A stretch of 64,000 bases of DNA from Octopus bimaculoides (taxonomy: Eukaryota), in the NCBI RefSeq assembly GCF_001194135.2, contig NC_068983.1, forward strand, positions 1,997,706 to 2,061,705, written 5' to 3'. The position numbers and the translations under genes were made by a program. A model generated the notes under the pieces. The model made no database searches, was not told the origin of the DNA, and saw only the letters and a program-made list of their open reading frames with translations. Of the stretch, positions 1-12,299 are shown piece by piece; the stretch's first letter is position 1; every line of letters begins with the position of its first letter.

Positions 1-43
<43 letters not shown>
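1..43. repeat. (TA)n microsatellite
   Basis: Pure TA run at the window start. Confidence 0.95.
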
Positions 44-47
<4 letters not shown>

Positions 48-949
48 ATACAAACACACGCGCACGCACACATTTCTATGTATTACCATAAAAAGATGTA
101 ATGTCATATTGGAGTTAATTCAGTGGTCTTGACTTCTAGAATTTTCCGGACGAGTTACCTCTCCGTTATGAGAATGGTATGTCTGTAGCACAATAACAAT
201 TTTAAATGACGCTTCCACTTCGTTTTCATATTAGAGTTTCTTCGACTTGAAGATATATTTAAACATCTCTCCTATCAGAATCTATTTTTTATTAGTTTTA
301 TTTTATTAATATACCGTTGTTTCCCTGAATTATGAATTTACACTATCATCTGTCCTCATAACTAACGATGTACCCTGAATTCGTCAGCAACGTTTGTCTG
401 ACAGCATTTCAATTAAGTGTACATGCAGCAGGCGTGCCTGGGTCTGAGTTCAACTATTCTGTTAAAGGACCAAATAGCTATCTGGCTATATATAATAATA
501 CCATCGGTCTCTATGACTATCAAGAATCAACCTAATATGTTTTTCTATTTCTAAATTTCCCCCTTTTTTTGAAGATTGAAAAAATATATTTTGCCCAAAA
601 CATATATCGTTTTTCGAGATTTAAAAATCATTTAATCCATTTTATGATAATTGTTAGCGATAATTCTTCACATTAATATATAGAACGTGGATACATGTCA
701 TCAGATTTACTGTTTTTCGTTCTATTTTTCCCTAGGTGTCTCTCACATACATCCATGGGCACAGAAAACACGCACAGACATATATATATATGTATATATA
801 TATATATCCTCTCTCACACACAAGATTTCCCCTGGCCCACTTCCAGTAACTTCAGGAAAGCGAACTTGGAAAGTTATAATAATACATGTCACATCGTAAA
901 TTGCAGCTTTCCAATAGTATTCGTTGGTCTTTTGCGTCTGCTGAAGTGA

Positions 950-2014
950 ACTAAGGTGTTATAATGGGGGTAGTTGAATGTAGATCAGTGATGAGGCTCT
1001 CATACTTGAAAGGTTTTACACCAAAAGAGACGTTTGTGGTGTGATGCACCATAATACGACTTAGTCAATCACTGGCATCGCCAGTTCAAATGCTGTCGGA
1101 CATCAATGGAAACTGCCCCCATTCCCGGACGACAACATTCCGCCACTGATGACGACACCAGCCATAAAGTGGAAACCACCATTTTGGAGGTTCGCTGCAT
1201 AATATTCGGCAACTAGCCCAAGAAGTGAAGAAAACCATAGAGTCCGTAGAAAAAAAATCATTCACGACCGTTTTCACAAGCGGAAATTGTCGGCATTAGA
1301 GATTCCCCGGAGGCTTACAGCTTTTCGGATTCAGGTACGTGACAGTTGCTCCCAGGACCTTTTGACAATGTGCCAAGAAAACGAGGAGGACTTCTTTCGG
1401 CGGAATTATCACACAGGATGAAACAGGGTCCATCAATAGGATCCTGAATTTAAAGTCTAGTCAAAGCAATGGAATCATGATAACTTACCACCTCCAAAGA
1501 ATGTACGTGTCCAACCCTCAGCAGGCAAGGTGATGCTCATAGTCTTTTGGAACCAGTGCACAGTAGTGATAATAGATTTTCTGGCAAACGGCATCACAAT
1601 TAACGGAACATGTTATGATTCTCTGCTGCAGAAATTGCAGGACGCCATGAAAGCAGAGATGCGTGGATTGCTGAACAAAGAGTCCGCCTCAGCCAAGACA
1701 ACGCCCCAGTTGATAATCGAATGTTGCCCAGATGATAGCACATTCCTGCAGCTATGAAATCCTTCATCGTTTCTCTTGCCCTCCCGATTTCGCATCATTT
1801 GACTTTCACTTCTTTCCAAACGCAACTCTTTCTTGAGGGGGAAGCACTTTTCGGATGATGATGAACTTATTTCCGATGGAAAGTCTTGGCTCTAGATGCG
1901 ATCTACATACGTCTACAGATGAGGTCTTTACAGCTGCATAAATCTATCTGTTGATGTATGTGAGTGGTATTAATAAAGACCAGAATTTTTACAAGATGTA
2001 TTGAGCACCCTTTA
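950..2014 (+). mobile_element. Decayed mariner (DD34D) transposon
   Basis: Broken frames give WHRQFKCCRTSMETAPIPGR (HTH), then DPEFKV*SKQW..PSAGKVMLIVFWNQ..IDFLANGITINGTCYDSLLQKL, then a degenerate PPYSPDLAPSDF-like block. Multiple stops and frameshifts. Probable right terminus ttgagcacccttta at about 2001-2014. Confidence 0.85.
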
Positions 2015-2092
2015 TTCATTTATTCGGCCGTAAGTAAATTACACACCCACACACACACATATAATGAAACACCATTTACAGTTTCCATCATT

Positions 2093-2095
<3 letters not shown>

Positions 2096-2144
<49 letters not shown>

Positions 2145-2320
2145 NNNNNNNNNNNNNNNNNNNNNNNNNNNNNNNNNNNNNNNNNNNNNNNNNNNNNNNN
2201 NNNNNNNNNNNNNNNNNNNNNNNNNNNNNNNNNNNNNNNNNNNNNNNNNNNNNNNNNNNNNNNNNNNNNNNNNNNNNNNNNNNNNNNNNNNNNNNNNNNN
2301 NNNNNNNNNNNNNNNNNNNN

Positions 2321-2365
<45 letters not shown>
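2096..2365. repeat. (TA)n microsatellite spanning an assembly gap
   Basis: TA runs on both sides of an N block. Confidence 0.9.
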
Positions 2366-2368
<3 letters not shown>

Positions 2369-2619
2369 TGTACGAATACATATGGTAGACAAGTCGATTT
2401 CCAACAATTGCCATTCAGTTGCTTAAACTATTAAATGACAGTGCTGCGAAGCGAACTCACTGACCACTCAATCATGCCTGCGTTAAAACACCGTTGCCAT
2501 GCTCACATGTCAATACACAAACACACACAAACACTCAATGAGATATATATATATCTGTATAAGGATGTCATTATACCTTCTCGAAGAGGTTATAGGAGCT
2601 GAAGATCTACTCCCTAAAC

Positions 2620-3040
2620 AGGAGTGAAAGATATGCAGTGATATATATATGGAAGACGCTGGAAGTCCTAGCCTCCAACTTTGGAATTGAAAGCTATATT
2701 AACCTCCAAGCTGGATGAGACGGCATAGTACCAAAGTTCCCGCCTTCTCCCTCTAGAATATGGATCCCTTACTGTAAGAGTTTGCGTTACAAAATTTCAC
2801 CACCAAAAATAATTCAGCCAATTCGCATCAGAAATTTGCCAGATGTAGATGTGAACGTCTTCAAAGAATGTCTGCACAAATATGTGTTCAACATATCAGT
2901 TGAACAACCCACATTGCAGCAGGAGGCACTAACTCCGTCCAAATGAGTACTTCACGAAAAACTATACACAGGAGAAAATCAGTCGCACTCAGAGGTGTTG
3001 CCCCAGCATAACGTCAGCCTCTGGCGGAAACCAGTAAATG
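2620..3040 (+). mobile_element. CR1-group non-LTR retrotransposon, decayed 3' end
   Basis: Reads IYIWKTLEVLASNFGIESY...DVDVNVFKECLHKY, homologous to the better copy at 53140-53570. Followed by a GGTGTTGCCCCAGCAT tail motif. Confidence 0.65.
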
Positions 3041-3177
3041 CTCTGCACCTTTTATATGCAATACATTGCTAGCAGAGGCAGAGAATCCCTACTACCATCC
3101 AGCAGCTAACAGGACCGACTCAGTTTTGAGCTACTTCACTTATCTTCAGCCGCGATCACCTGTGCACTGGAGTAAGG

Positions 3178-3372
3178 CCGGTTTATGTGATTACCCTAGG
3201 TTTCCCGTCCATAAATAGTTTAGCTTTATGGCGTATCCTCAGATTCCAAAGCTTGTTGGCCACAGGCCACTTAAAAATAAGAGGTCTTGGGCCAACAGCT
3301 TTTAGGATATGACGATACGCCACAAAGTTAAATCCTTTATGGACGGGATATCTAAGGTAATCCCATAAACGG
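3178..3372. mobile_element. Foldback/MITE-like element with about 83-bp inverted arms
   Basis: 3178-3261 is the reverse complement of 3289-3372 at roughly 80% identity by eye, around a spacer of about 27 bp. Confidence 0.75.
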
Positions 3373-3455
3373 TCGTTCCAATTTTTTATGTATATCCATA
3401 TATATTGTTCTACATCTTAGAGTTTGCTTTTTCTGGATTGATGCTTTTTACAGAC

Positions 3456-3458
<3 letters not shown>

Positions 3459-3495
<37 letters not shown>

Positions 3496-4024
3496 NNNNN
3501 NNNNNNNNNNNNNNNNNNNNNNNNNNNNNNNNNNNNNNNNNNNNNNNNNNNNNNNNNNNNNNNNNNNNNNNNNNNNNNNNNNNNNNNNNNNNNNNNNNNN
3601 NNNNNNNNNNNNNNNNNNNNNNNNNNNNNNNNNNNNNNNNNNNNNNNNNNNNNNNNNNNNNNNNNNNNNNNNNNNNNNNNNNNNNNNNNNNNNNNNNNNN
3701 NNNNNNNNNNNNNNNNNNNNNNNNNNNNNNNNNNNNNNNNNNNNNNNNNNNNNNNNNNNNNNNNNNNNNNNNNNNNNNNNNNNNNNNNNNNNNNNNNNNN
3801 NNNNNNNNNNNNNNNNNNNNNNNNNNNNNNNNNNNNNNNNNNNNNNNNNNNNNNNNNNNNNNNNNNNNNNNNNNNNNNNNNNNNNNNNNNNNNNNNNNNN
3901 NNNNNNNNNNNNNNNNNNNNNNNNNNNNNNNNNNNNNNNNNNNNNNNNNNNNNNNNNNNNNNNNNNNNNNNNNNNNNNNNNNGAGAGAGAGGGAGAGAGA
4001 GAGAGAGAGGGAGAGAGAGAGAGA
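3459..4024. repeat. (TA)n, assembly gap, (GA)n
   Basis: Directly visible. Confidence 0.9.
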
Positions 4025-4549
4025 GAGTCTTCTTAAAACGCGGTCAACCGCCCGCCACGACACATGTCTCCCCTTCTCCATCTTCCCATATCTGTGTAGT
4101 ACTATGCGGATGTGTGGCCTACTGTTGAGTGTCAGAGGAGAGAAGAGTAAAAAAGAGGTAAGGGTATTGTAAATAATACTAATATTTATAGCTAAAGTGT
4201 GCTACTAGTTACTAAAGCAGTACTAGGAAACAAACTATTAACGAGGATAACAAGAAATATAAACCTAAAAACTAGTTTTAAAATGAAACATATAATGAGA
4301 TGAATGAAATAAATAACTATTCTATTTAAAGAGAAAAATTGAAATGTACCAAGGGAGAGGAGTAACTGGTAACAGTTGTGTGACCCTCGTACGGGTGTGT
4401 AGACATAATGGCAAAGATAGAGAAAGAGAGGAAAAATAAGATATACATACGTATATATATATATATATATATATATCAATTCTATATGTATGTCATGACA
4501 ACTGTAATTATTATACATCACTACAACTTATGTATATACACTTATAAAT

Positions 4550-4556
4550 ATTTGTG

Positions 4557-4595
<39 letters not shown>

Positions 4596-4630
4596 TCGTG
4601 TGTGTGTGTATGTGTTTGTGTATGTGTGTA
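4550..4630. repeat. (GT)n microsatellite
   Basis: Directly visible. Confidence 0.9.
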
Positions 4631-5949
4631 ACTGCTTCTTGTATATCAGCATACATTGAATTAGCATGGCATGAGCATTATAAACATGACGTTAAAAACA
4701 TGTATTGTAAAGAGAAGATCTATATTGAACAGCAGCCTGCGAGAGAATTATCAAAACAATCTGAAAATTGAGAGGAAGCAAAAAAAAATATGACAGAAAC
4801 GCGTGTTTTATTAGTAAAACTAAAAAAAAAACCATGATTTAAATATTTTTTTCTAAATTACAAAAAGACAAGAAAATATTAAATTTTAGAAACTTAATAT
4901 TTTTTTATTATAATTTGTCAGATTAAATGAGAATTATGAAGACAAAAGTAACAGTTTGAAGTTTATTTCAGATTCGGCCTGAGTAGACATGCGCGTGAAA
5001 ATAATTAAATTTATTTTGGTCGAGTTGCCTAGGTAACAACGAATTTACGTGGGAAAGAGAAGCTTCGTAACAAAGTTTGCAAATTTAATGATTGATACCA
5101 CCAGTGAACAGATGAACTAAAAGAAACACACAGCAACATGAAATATGAACAAGCAAAGAATAAACGTGGTGACCAAGAAATAAATACTAGCTGCCAGTTA
5201 GAGACATTGAGCGCAAACTGATCAATATATAAAGCAGAAATTGGTGGGAGAAGCATGTGTATGTGTGTGCCTGTGTGTGCTTGTGTATGCGTTTTAAAGT
5301 GGGTATGTGTCTAAGTGTATGTATGAGTGTGCGATCAATGTAGGCAATAAAGAATCATTCTTCTCATATGCATTTACAAATTGTATCTAAATTTGCCAGA
5401 ATATTATTCTGTTAATCCTAGAAGTATGACTGCGACTGACTCAAGCAAAATACATATGGTGACGTGTTAAAGTTACGAACAATCTAATTGCCGGAGACAA
5501 CCTATAATTCCATCAAGCATCAACGCATATTGAATATTGAAGCAAGGTATCACACTTTGATTCTATTTCGGATATGTGCAGGAGAGCTTTCAATATAAAT
5601 TGTTATTTCAAAATCAAATAAAGGAATATGTTGAAAACATCTATGTGTAAAAAAAAAACAAAGAAGATGAAAACATATTCAAATAATGTGTTATTAAGCA
5701 GCTTGATTTCTTTTTTCTTGCTTGTACCGTTTAAAGAATACCAATTCCGTTGTGACCAAGAATGGTATCGCGATTGTAGAGCTATGATGCGGCCAAATGA
5801 AATGGCATCAATCATTACACATGAATTTATCATTTGCTTTGGGATACGAAATGTAAATTGCAATATTTATACACACTGTAGGATACATAAAGAATATATA
5901 CAATATATACAAAGATACAAGCATATATTATATATATATGTATAAACAA

Positions 5950-6340
5950 TACGGAATAGGACAAGGAGGAAAAACATCCAGACAGCTAGGTGATACAAGA
6001 AAGGGACAAAACATGAAGACAGTTAGGTGATACAAGAAAGGGACAAAGCATCCTGACAGACGATACAAAGAAAACAAGGACAGGTCATTCGGAGTTTTCT
6101 TTCCTCAGTCGAGATCAAGATTATCCTGGCAATTTCGGCTGGTTATTCTCGATATTGCTCCAATCTGGCCAGCCCCAAGGAAAAACTAAGCTAAGAGCAT
6201 TAGATTCCTTGGAAGAAAGCAGCGAATGTATGCAAAAACAAGGACGGAAAAAACGAATAATGTTACACAAATACAATAAAAATAATAAAACAGGACATAA
6301 CAACAGATGTCTTTCGACTAAGGACGAATTAAATTAAGCT
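5950..6340 (-). mobile_element. Dispersed repeat, probably a Penelope terminal-repeat derivative
   Basis: 6058-6305 aligns with 29017-29255 (gatacaaagaaaacaaggac..gtcattcggagttttct..gccccaaggaaaaactaagctaagagc..). A ~36-bp tandem duplication lies at 5980-6050. The Penelope assignment is inference. Confidence 0.55.
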
Positions 6341-6664
6341 GGCGCTCTGGGAATAAGGCCTTTAAATCATCCATAGATTTTTATGTAGTAGATATATACT
6401 GGTGGCGATCTTATCCGGAAAGCGGTGAGTTATGCGGACCCTACTGAAGAGGTATAAATATATTGCAACTGCGACTTTCAACCGCCTACTCTCCCTGTCA
6501 GTATGTATATATACCATTATGTACTTATATGCGTTGACTGCAGTATAAGAGCACTTTAGATCTTATTTCTAGCATTGTAGGTGTTCTGATACCCTCAGTC
6601 ATATTTAATGACAGTTATAGGTTTCCTTTTTGTAGAAACATTGCTAAACCACTGCCGAAATTAA

Positions 6665-6666
<2 letters not shown>

Positions 6667-6706
<40 letters not shown>

Positions 6707-6845
6707 NNNNNNNNNNNNNNNNNNNNNNNNNNNNNNNNNNNNNNNNNNNNNNNNNNNNNNNNNNNNNNNNNNNNNNNNNNNNNNNNNNNNNNNNNNNNNN
6801 NNNNNNTATACACACACACATATAATATATATATATATATATATT
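6667..6845. repeat. (CA)n/(TA)n around an assembly gap
   Basis: Directly visible. Confidence 0.9.
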
Positions 6846-7049
6846 CTGCTCGCCTAATTAGCGAGGTATCATTGTGCGGAAATACTCTGGTCCATACCAC
6901 ATAAATGCATATATACATACAAACATACATACATACATACACACACACGTGTGTGTGTGTGTGGGAGGGGCATCCGAGGAAATCTCGAGATGATACATAT
7001 ACACTCAGCTCTGCGTACAATGTATCTTATAGTAGAAACAGCTGTATGC

Positions 7050-8362
7050 TATTAGTTTGTCAAATATGAAATCTGTAGAAAAGAAAACAAGTTTGCGAAT
7101 TTTCCATAAATACAAGGAATAGTTTTATTCAAGGTAGGCACCCATGTTGTCAATATCCTTTTTCCATTTCAGCAGGATCTCGTCTTACTCGGGACTGCAA
7201 AAGCCTGGCAATCTAGAGTCAATAAAATCTTGGAAGGCATGTTTTACAGCATCGTCGGAATTAATTTTGTTTCCTATCACAAAGTTATCCAAATTCTGGA
7301 AGAAGCGGTAGTGAGTGGGGGCAAGATCGGGTGAGTATGGTGGATGATGGAGAACATCCAACTCTAACTCCTGTAGTTTCACCAATGTCATTTTTGCGAT
7401 GTGTGTCCTGGCGTTGACTTGCAATAAAATAGGAGTGGATCTGTTGACTAATCAAGGCTGTTTTCTTTTCTTTTTTTCTTTTGTAAGTTTCTGCATAATT
7501 TTGTCCAGTTGGCTGCAGTATATTTCGCCCGTGATTGATGAGTCAAGTTTAATGAAATCATAATGGATCACACCTAAGCCAGACCACCAAACACACACCA
7601 TCAGCTTTTTTTGATGAATTTTGCTTTTGGACTGTGTTTTGGTGGATCGTCTTTGTCCAACTATATTGTGCTGAACGTTTACGGTTGTTGCATTGGATCC
7701 ATTTCTCATCCCACGCTACAATTCGATTCAAAAATTACTTATTTTTGTAACAAGAAAGTAGCAAAATGCAGGATATCAAACGTTGCTGTTTCTGATTTTC
7801 ATTGAGTTCATGTGGAACCCACTTATCCAAATTTTTCAGTTTACCGATTTGAACTAGGTGACTCAATATTGTTTGCTTGCTAACGCCGAACAACAATGAT
7901 AATTCACAGATACTTTAAGATAGATCTGACTCGACAGTGGCTTTCAGTTCGTCATTATGCACCTTTGTGAGGTCAAAGTTACCAGAACGAAATTTTGCAA
8001 ACCAATTTGATAATGTCTGCCGTGTAATAATATTAGAATGAAATACTTCATTACTATTCCGAGCTGTCTGTGATGCTGCATTTTCAAGAAAGAACTCATA
8101 TTTCAAAACTGTACGAATTTCCGACTTATCCCACAAAAATAGCAAAAAACGATTTATAAATACTTTATAAAGCGCAAAACGAGACAGAATAAAAAATAGA
8201 TGTGTCAGGATTCTAACGAAAAATAAGATTGTCAGAATAAAATAATGACGCAAAGTGAGCAGCTGTCAAAATGTACCGTATGCCTTAATGCAAATCTGAT
8301 GCTTGACGACCGAAAAGTAGCGATTGTGTAACTCCTGCTTCTTCGTCTCTGACCAAATAATA
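7050..8362 (-). mobile_element. Near full-length decayed mariner (Hsmar1/cecropia-like), about 1.3 kb
   Basis: Three minus-strand ORF pieces: DKSEIRTVLKYEF..NWFAKFRSGNFDL, KKLMVCVWWSGLGVIHYDF, and VNARTH..HPPYSPDLAPTHY..FQDFIDSR. Degenerate TIRs TATTAGTTTGTCAAATATGAA (7050-7070) and the reverse complement TATTATTTGGTCAGAGACGAA (8342-8362), 16/21 match. Confidence 0.9.
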
Positions 8363-8431
8363 TTGAGCCGCCTATTTACTTCATGCTATCTTATATTCTG
8401 CAGGAATCTTCAGAAAGATTTTTGCGATTTG

Positions 8432-8765
8432 AGAACAGTACCAGTGATTGTAGGATCTCTAGGAATGATAAAAAAAAAGTTACTGAAACCTATTTAAAAA
8501 TGATACCAGGCTTACCAACCCTACAGGAAGTGCAAAAATCGTGTTAACTGGAACGATTCATGTACTGAGAAGAACATTATCGCTGTGAAAACAACATCCA
8601 TTCATGAAATTATTTATTATTTTTTTTTACATACATATTTTACCTGTTAATTTGCGTGTGTAAACAGGGAATGCATACGATGAGCTTCTCTGCTCTAGGT
8701 GTACGGAAAAAACTCGGCGAGACATTGAAGAAAATTAGAAGAAAGAAGTAAATAATAATAACAAT
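8432..8765 (+). mobile_element. R4/Dong LINE 3' end (RLE C-terminus, UTR, (AAT)n tail)
   Basis: RTVPVIVGSLGMIKK..MIPGLPTLQEVQK..TGTIHVLRRTLSL* matches the C-terminus of the copy at 10340-10480. Ends in aataataataacaataat. Confidence 0.75.
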
Positions 8766-9079
8766 AATACCAATCCAGACATACAAATATTTAGGAATCA
8801 ATGAAAGTAAATACTATACAACACACACAAACGAAAGAGAAAATAAAGAAAGAATACTATAGACGAGTTAGATCACAACTGAAAACAGAGCTCAATGTTA
8901 AAACCAAGATAATGGGTATCAACACTTTAGCCGTCCCATTTATAAGTTACAGCTACAATATCCTTAACTGAACACTAATTGAACTAACAAAAACAGACAG
9001 GAAAAGAAGAAAAATAATGACAGGATCTAGGATGCACCACCCAAAATCTGACATAGAAAGGCTATATATCCAACGTGTC

Positions 9080-9150
9080 TTGGTGGTCTTGTGGGTAGAG
9101 AGTTAATTGGTCATTGTACATCCTGGCTAGGTTTCAATCCTACCCAGGGC
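9080..9150 (+). mobile_element. tRNA-derived SINE head fragment
   Basis: A-box-like ggtggtcttgtgggtagag and B-box-like ggtttcaatcc. Confidence 0.4.
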
Positions 9151-9189
9151 CTGCACTAAGGTGTGTTATTAAAAATTTTCATTTTTATA

Positions 9190-9451
9190 GGCGTAGGAGT
9201 GGCTGTGTGGTAAGTAGCTTGCTTACCAACCACATGGTCCCGGGTTCAGTCCCACTGCGTGGCATCTTGGGCAAGTGTCTTCTACTATAGCCTCGGGCCG
9301 ACCAATGCCTTGTGAGTGGATTTGGTAGACGGAAACTGAAAGAAGCCTGTCGTATATATGTATATATATATGTATGTGTATATGTGTTTGTATGTCTGTG
9401 TTTGTCCCCCCAACATCGCTTGACAACCGATGCTGGTGTGTTTATGTTCCT
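9190..9451 (+). mobile_element. tRNA/CORE-type SINE (dominant family), cut by a gap
   Basis: ggagtggctgtgtggtaag A-box, ggttcagtccc B-box, CORE-like cttgggcaagtgtcttctactatagcc, and an internal TA/TG tract. Many paralogues in this window. Confidence 0.9.
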
Positions 9452-10615
9452 NNNNNNNNNNNNNNNNNNNNNNNNNNNNNNNNNNNNNNNNNNNNNNNNN
9501 NNNNNNNNNNNNNNNNNNNNNNNNNNNNNNNNNNNNNNNNNNNNNNNNNNNNNNNNNNNNNNNNNNNNNNNNNNNNNNNNNNNNNNNNNNNNNNNNNNNN
9601 NNNNNNNNNNNNNNNNNNNNNNNNNNNNNNNNNNNNNNNNCATGAAGAAGAAACAACAAAAGCTATAAAACAAATGAAATCCAAACTAAAATTAGAACAG
9701 CAATGGACCCTGATAAAACGATGGCAAGAAAAGCCCCTACATGGTAAATACTGGGCTAAACTAAATGCAAAAGAAATAGACAGAGAAAAATCTCAGCAAT
9801 GGTTGAGAATTCGGGACTCAAAGCAGAGACTGAAGGATTTTTAATTGCAGCAGAAGACCAAAGCCTCCCCACCCGAAATTACTAAAAACATATAATGAAA
9901 AGAAACATAACAAGTAACTGCAGAATATCTGGAGATAGACAAGAAACAATAAAGCATATTATCTCTGGCTGCCCAGTCCTGGTTAAGAAGGAATGTATTC
10001 CCAGACACGACAGATTTGGGACCGATATACACTAGAAGCTATGCCAACACTATGGAATCAGAACAGAAAAAAAGATGGTATAAGCACACGCAAGAAAGGT
10101 CACAGAAAACGAGAAAGCAACCATACTCTGGGATATGCCAATACACACAGATAGAGAAATTAAGGCAAATAGACCAGATATAGTTGTCAGAGATCATGAA
10201 GAAAAAACTGCTTTCTAATTGATGTACCAATACCAGCAGATGACAACGTTTCTCTAAAAGAAATGGAGAAACTTTCAAACTACAAAGACCTGGAAATAGA
10301 GGTAATTTGAATGTGGAATCTAAAAACAGAAACATTTCCTATCATAGTGGGCGAATTAGGTATGATAAAAAAATATTCAAACAAATACATAACAAAAACA
10401 CCAGGACTCATAAATATATATAACATACAGAAAATTGCACTACTGGGCACTGCACACATCCTACGCAAAACACTCTCAATACAGTAACTATAAGAGCATC
10501 ACAGCAAACCACATCACATACCCAAGGTACACAGAGCTGCGCTCGGTAGTGAAATGAAAGCAAGTTATAAAAATAGAACTACTGAATAATAATAATGATA
10601 TCGATAAATACCTTA

Positions 10616-10662
10616 GGCACCTGATGAAGGCTGGAGGGTTTATCAGCCGAAACGTTATGTTA
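10616..10662 (+). ncRNA. Minimal type-I hammerhead ribozyme motif in a short Penelope-like repeat (about 10600-10720)
   Basis: CTGATGA (10621-27), stem GGCTG/CAGCC, GAAAC, palindromic ACGT, GTT cleavage triplet. Helix I GGCAC/ATGTT has one mismatch. Confidence 0.65.
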
Positions 10663-11139
10663 ACAACAAACAAGATGAGGACAAATATCTGTCAAATGTA
10701 AATAATGTAAATAATGTAAGTAGTACACAGTTCCAAAATTAAATTGCACATGCGTAGATGGCATTTGCTTTGCAAAAGTAGAGACAGAACACAGAAGTTT
10801 GGAAGGATCTCCTTTTCCACTTGCTTATGGTCTGTACACATGCTGTAATCTGCAACTGATTAACTACTTAGATAATCTTTAGAGAATCCAACTTGTTAAT
10901 TCAGATTGAATAAATTATTAATTGGTGATTAGGGTGAAATTAAAAAGTGCAAAAATAACCTTGAAGAAAATTAGTTTAATTTTTTTTTTAATCCCACTAA
11001 AATCATACCTAGTTAAGGAAGAGGTTTAAGAGAATCTGATTAACAAATAATTACGAATCCATCGAATCCTCAGGACACATCCAAGAAAAAAGTTTAGGAA
11101 GGAACCTTATGGACGTATTAGAATAATGCTTCAATAAAT

Positions 11140-11930
11140 TCTGAATAGAATAAAATAGGTCTTTATAGAACGGCTGTCGTTGTTTTAAGTTATAGCTTTA
11201 GCATTCCTTATTGGAGGCTTAATGAACTTACAGGGATACGCTACACAAACTATCAGAGAAAACTTATTTTTACCATTTATATAAGAAGATGCGTGAATTA
11301 TATGACATGAAATCTAAATATATAATAATGAACAATGGAGAACTAATATAAGCAGAAGGAAACCACAAATAAACCAAAATATCGTCTCTTTCTATTTAAA
11401 GAAAAAATACACAATAGAGGGAGATTAGAGAAATTATTTTGAAGAAAAGGAAAAACAGAAATAATGAAAAAATATAATCTAAGCTATAAATGGATCTAAA
11501 AATGACAATGGCTATACAATGAAAATTTCTTTCATTTGCAGTGCATGAAATAACTAAACAAGGTGGACATAGATACTGTAAGATCGTAACACGTTTTTAT
11601 AAATGTAGTATTCAAAACATTGACCGAAACAAATTCTATTACGGAAGAGGATGAAAACAACCTCTCAAGAAACTAGCAAACGTTGGGGTTGAGAAGGAGA
11701 AATCAACAGCCAATTCTCTGATTACTTTGTTTTAATCAATAGAGATTATATCTACAGACATGTCAAAGATGGCTTTGGGGATATTGCCACTGGAATTTAT
11801 ATCAGTGCTATAAAATAGCGACAGATATGTTGCACAATAAACGTCCACCAATATTATGTCTCAAATAGTAAAAAAGCGATTATTCTCGGGAATCCACAAA
11901 GAAAGGCAACACGGATAATCTGATAGAACA
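11140..11930 (+). mobile_element. Highly decayed R4/Dong LINE 3' fragment
   Basis: Residual motifs AVVVLSYSFSIPYWRLNEL and YIYRH..HW.L.QCYKI..ILG/W..TD. Confidence 0.4.
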
Positions 11931-12299
11931 GGAAGCGAAGTACCTCCGAATGGAAACTGCAGCATTAATGGACACTAATACATCTTTAATACAACTGATA
12001 ATTGTGCAAGTATATAAAGATGACGATAACCAGATTGTAGGAAGTAATAAAAGCCGTTAAGATAAGCTGATGTAGCTTAACCGTTAGGATCGAAATTTTT
12101 ATAACACGTTTATCAAAAATTCTTTCTGGCACATATCCTGGTATTTTCAGGGGAATATTTAGTGGATGCCATCGATTCCTGTACTTGATTCGTGTTATAT
12201 ATATATATATGTATATATATATATAGCGATCCCTGAAAAATGGAACGAAATCGGAGTCTTTGAAACAACTGATCAAAACCTTCCAGACCAAATAGATGG

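Larger units (their letters stand above)
8770..10596 (+). mobile_element. 5'-truncated R4/Dong (RLE-type) LINE interrupted by SINEs and a gap
   Basis: RT end YKYLGINE..KKEYYRRVRSQLKTELN..INTLAVP..MHHPKSDIERLY; then WQEKPLHGKY, GLKAETEGFLIAAEDQSLPTRNY, a CRI.G..ETIKHIISGC knuckle, ILWDMPIHTDREIKANRPDIVV..LID..KYKDLEIE, and IALLGTAHILRKTLSIQ*. Ends in an (AAT)n tail. Confidence 0.92.

Noticed and set aside
6085-6115. CTGAGGA..CCGAATGAC on the minus strand as a hammerhead
   Set aside because: Helix I and helix II do not pair convincingly, and the paralogue at 29040-29075 lacks the core.
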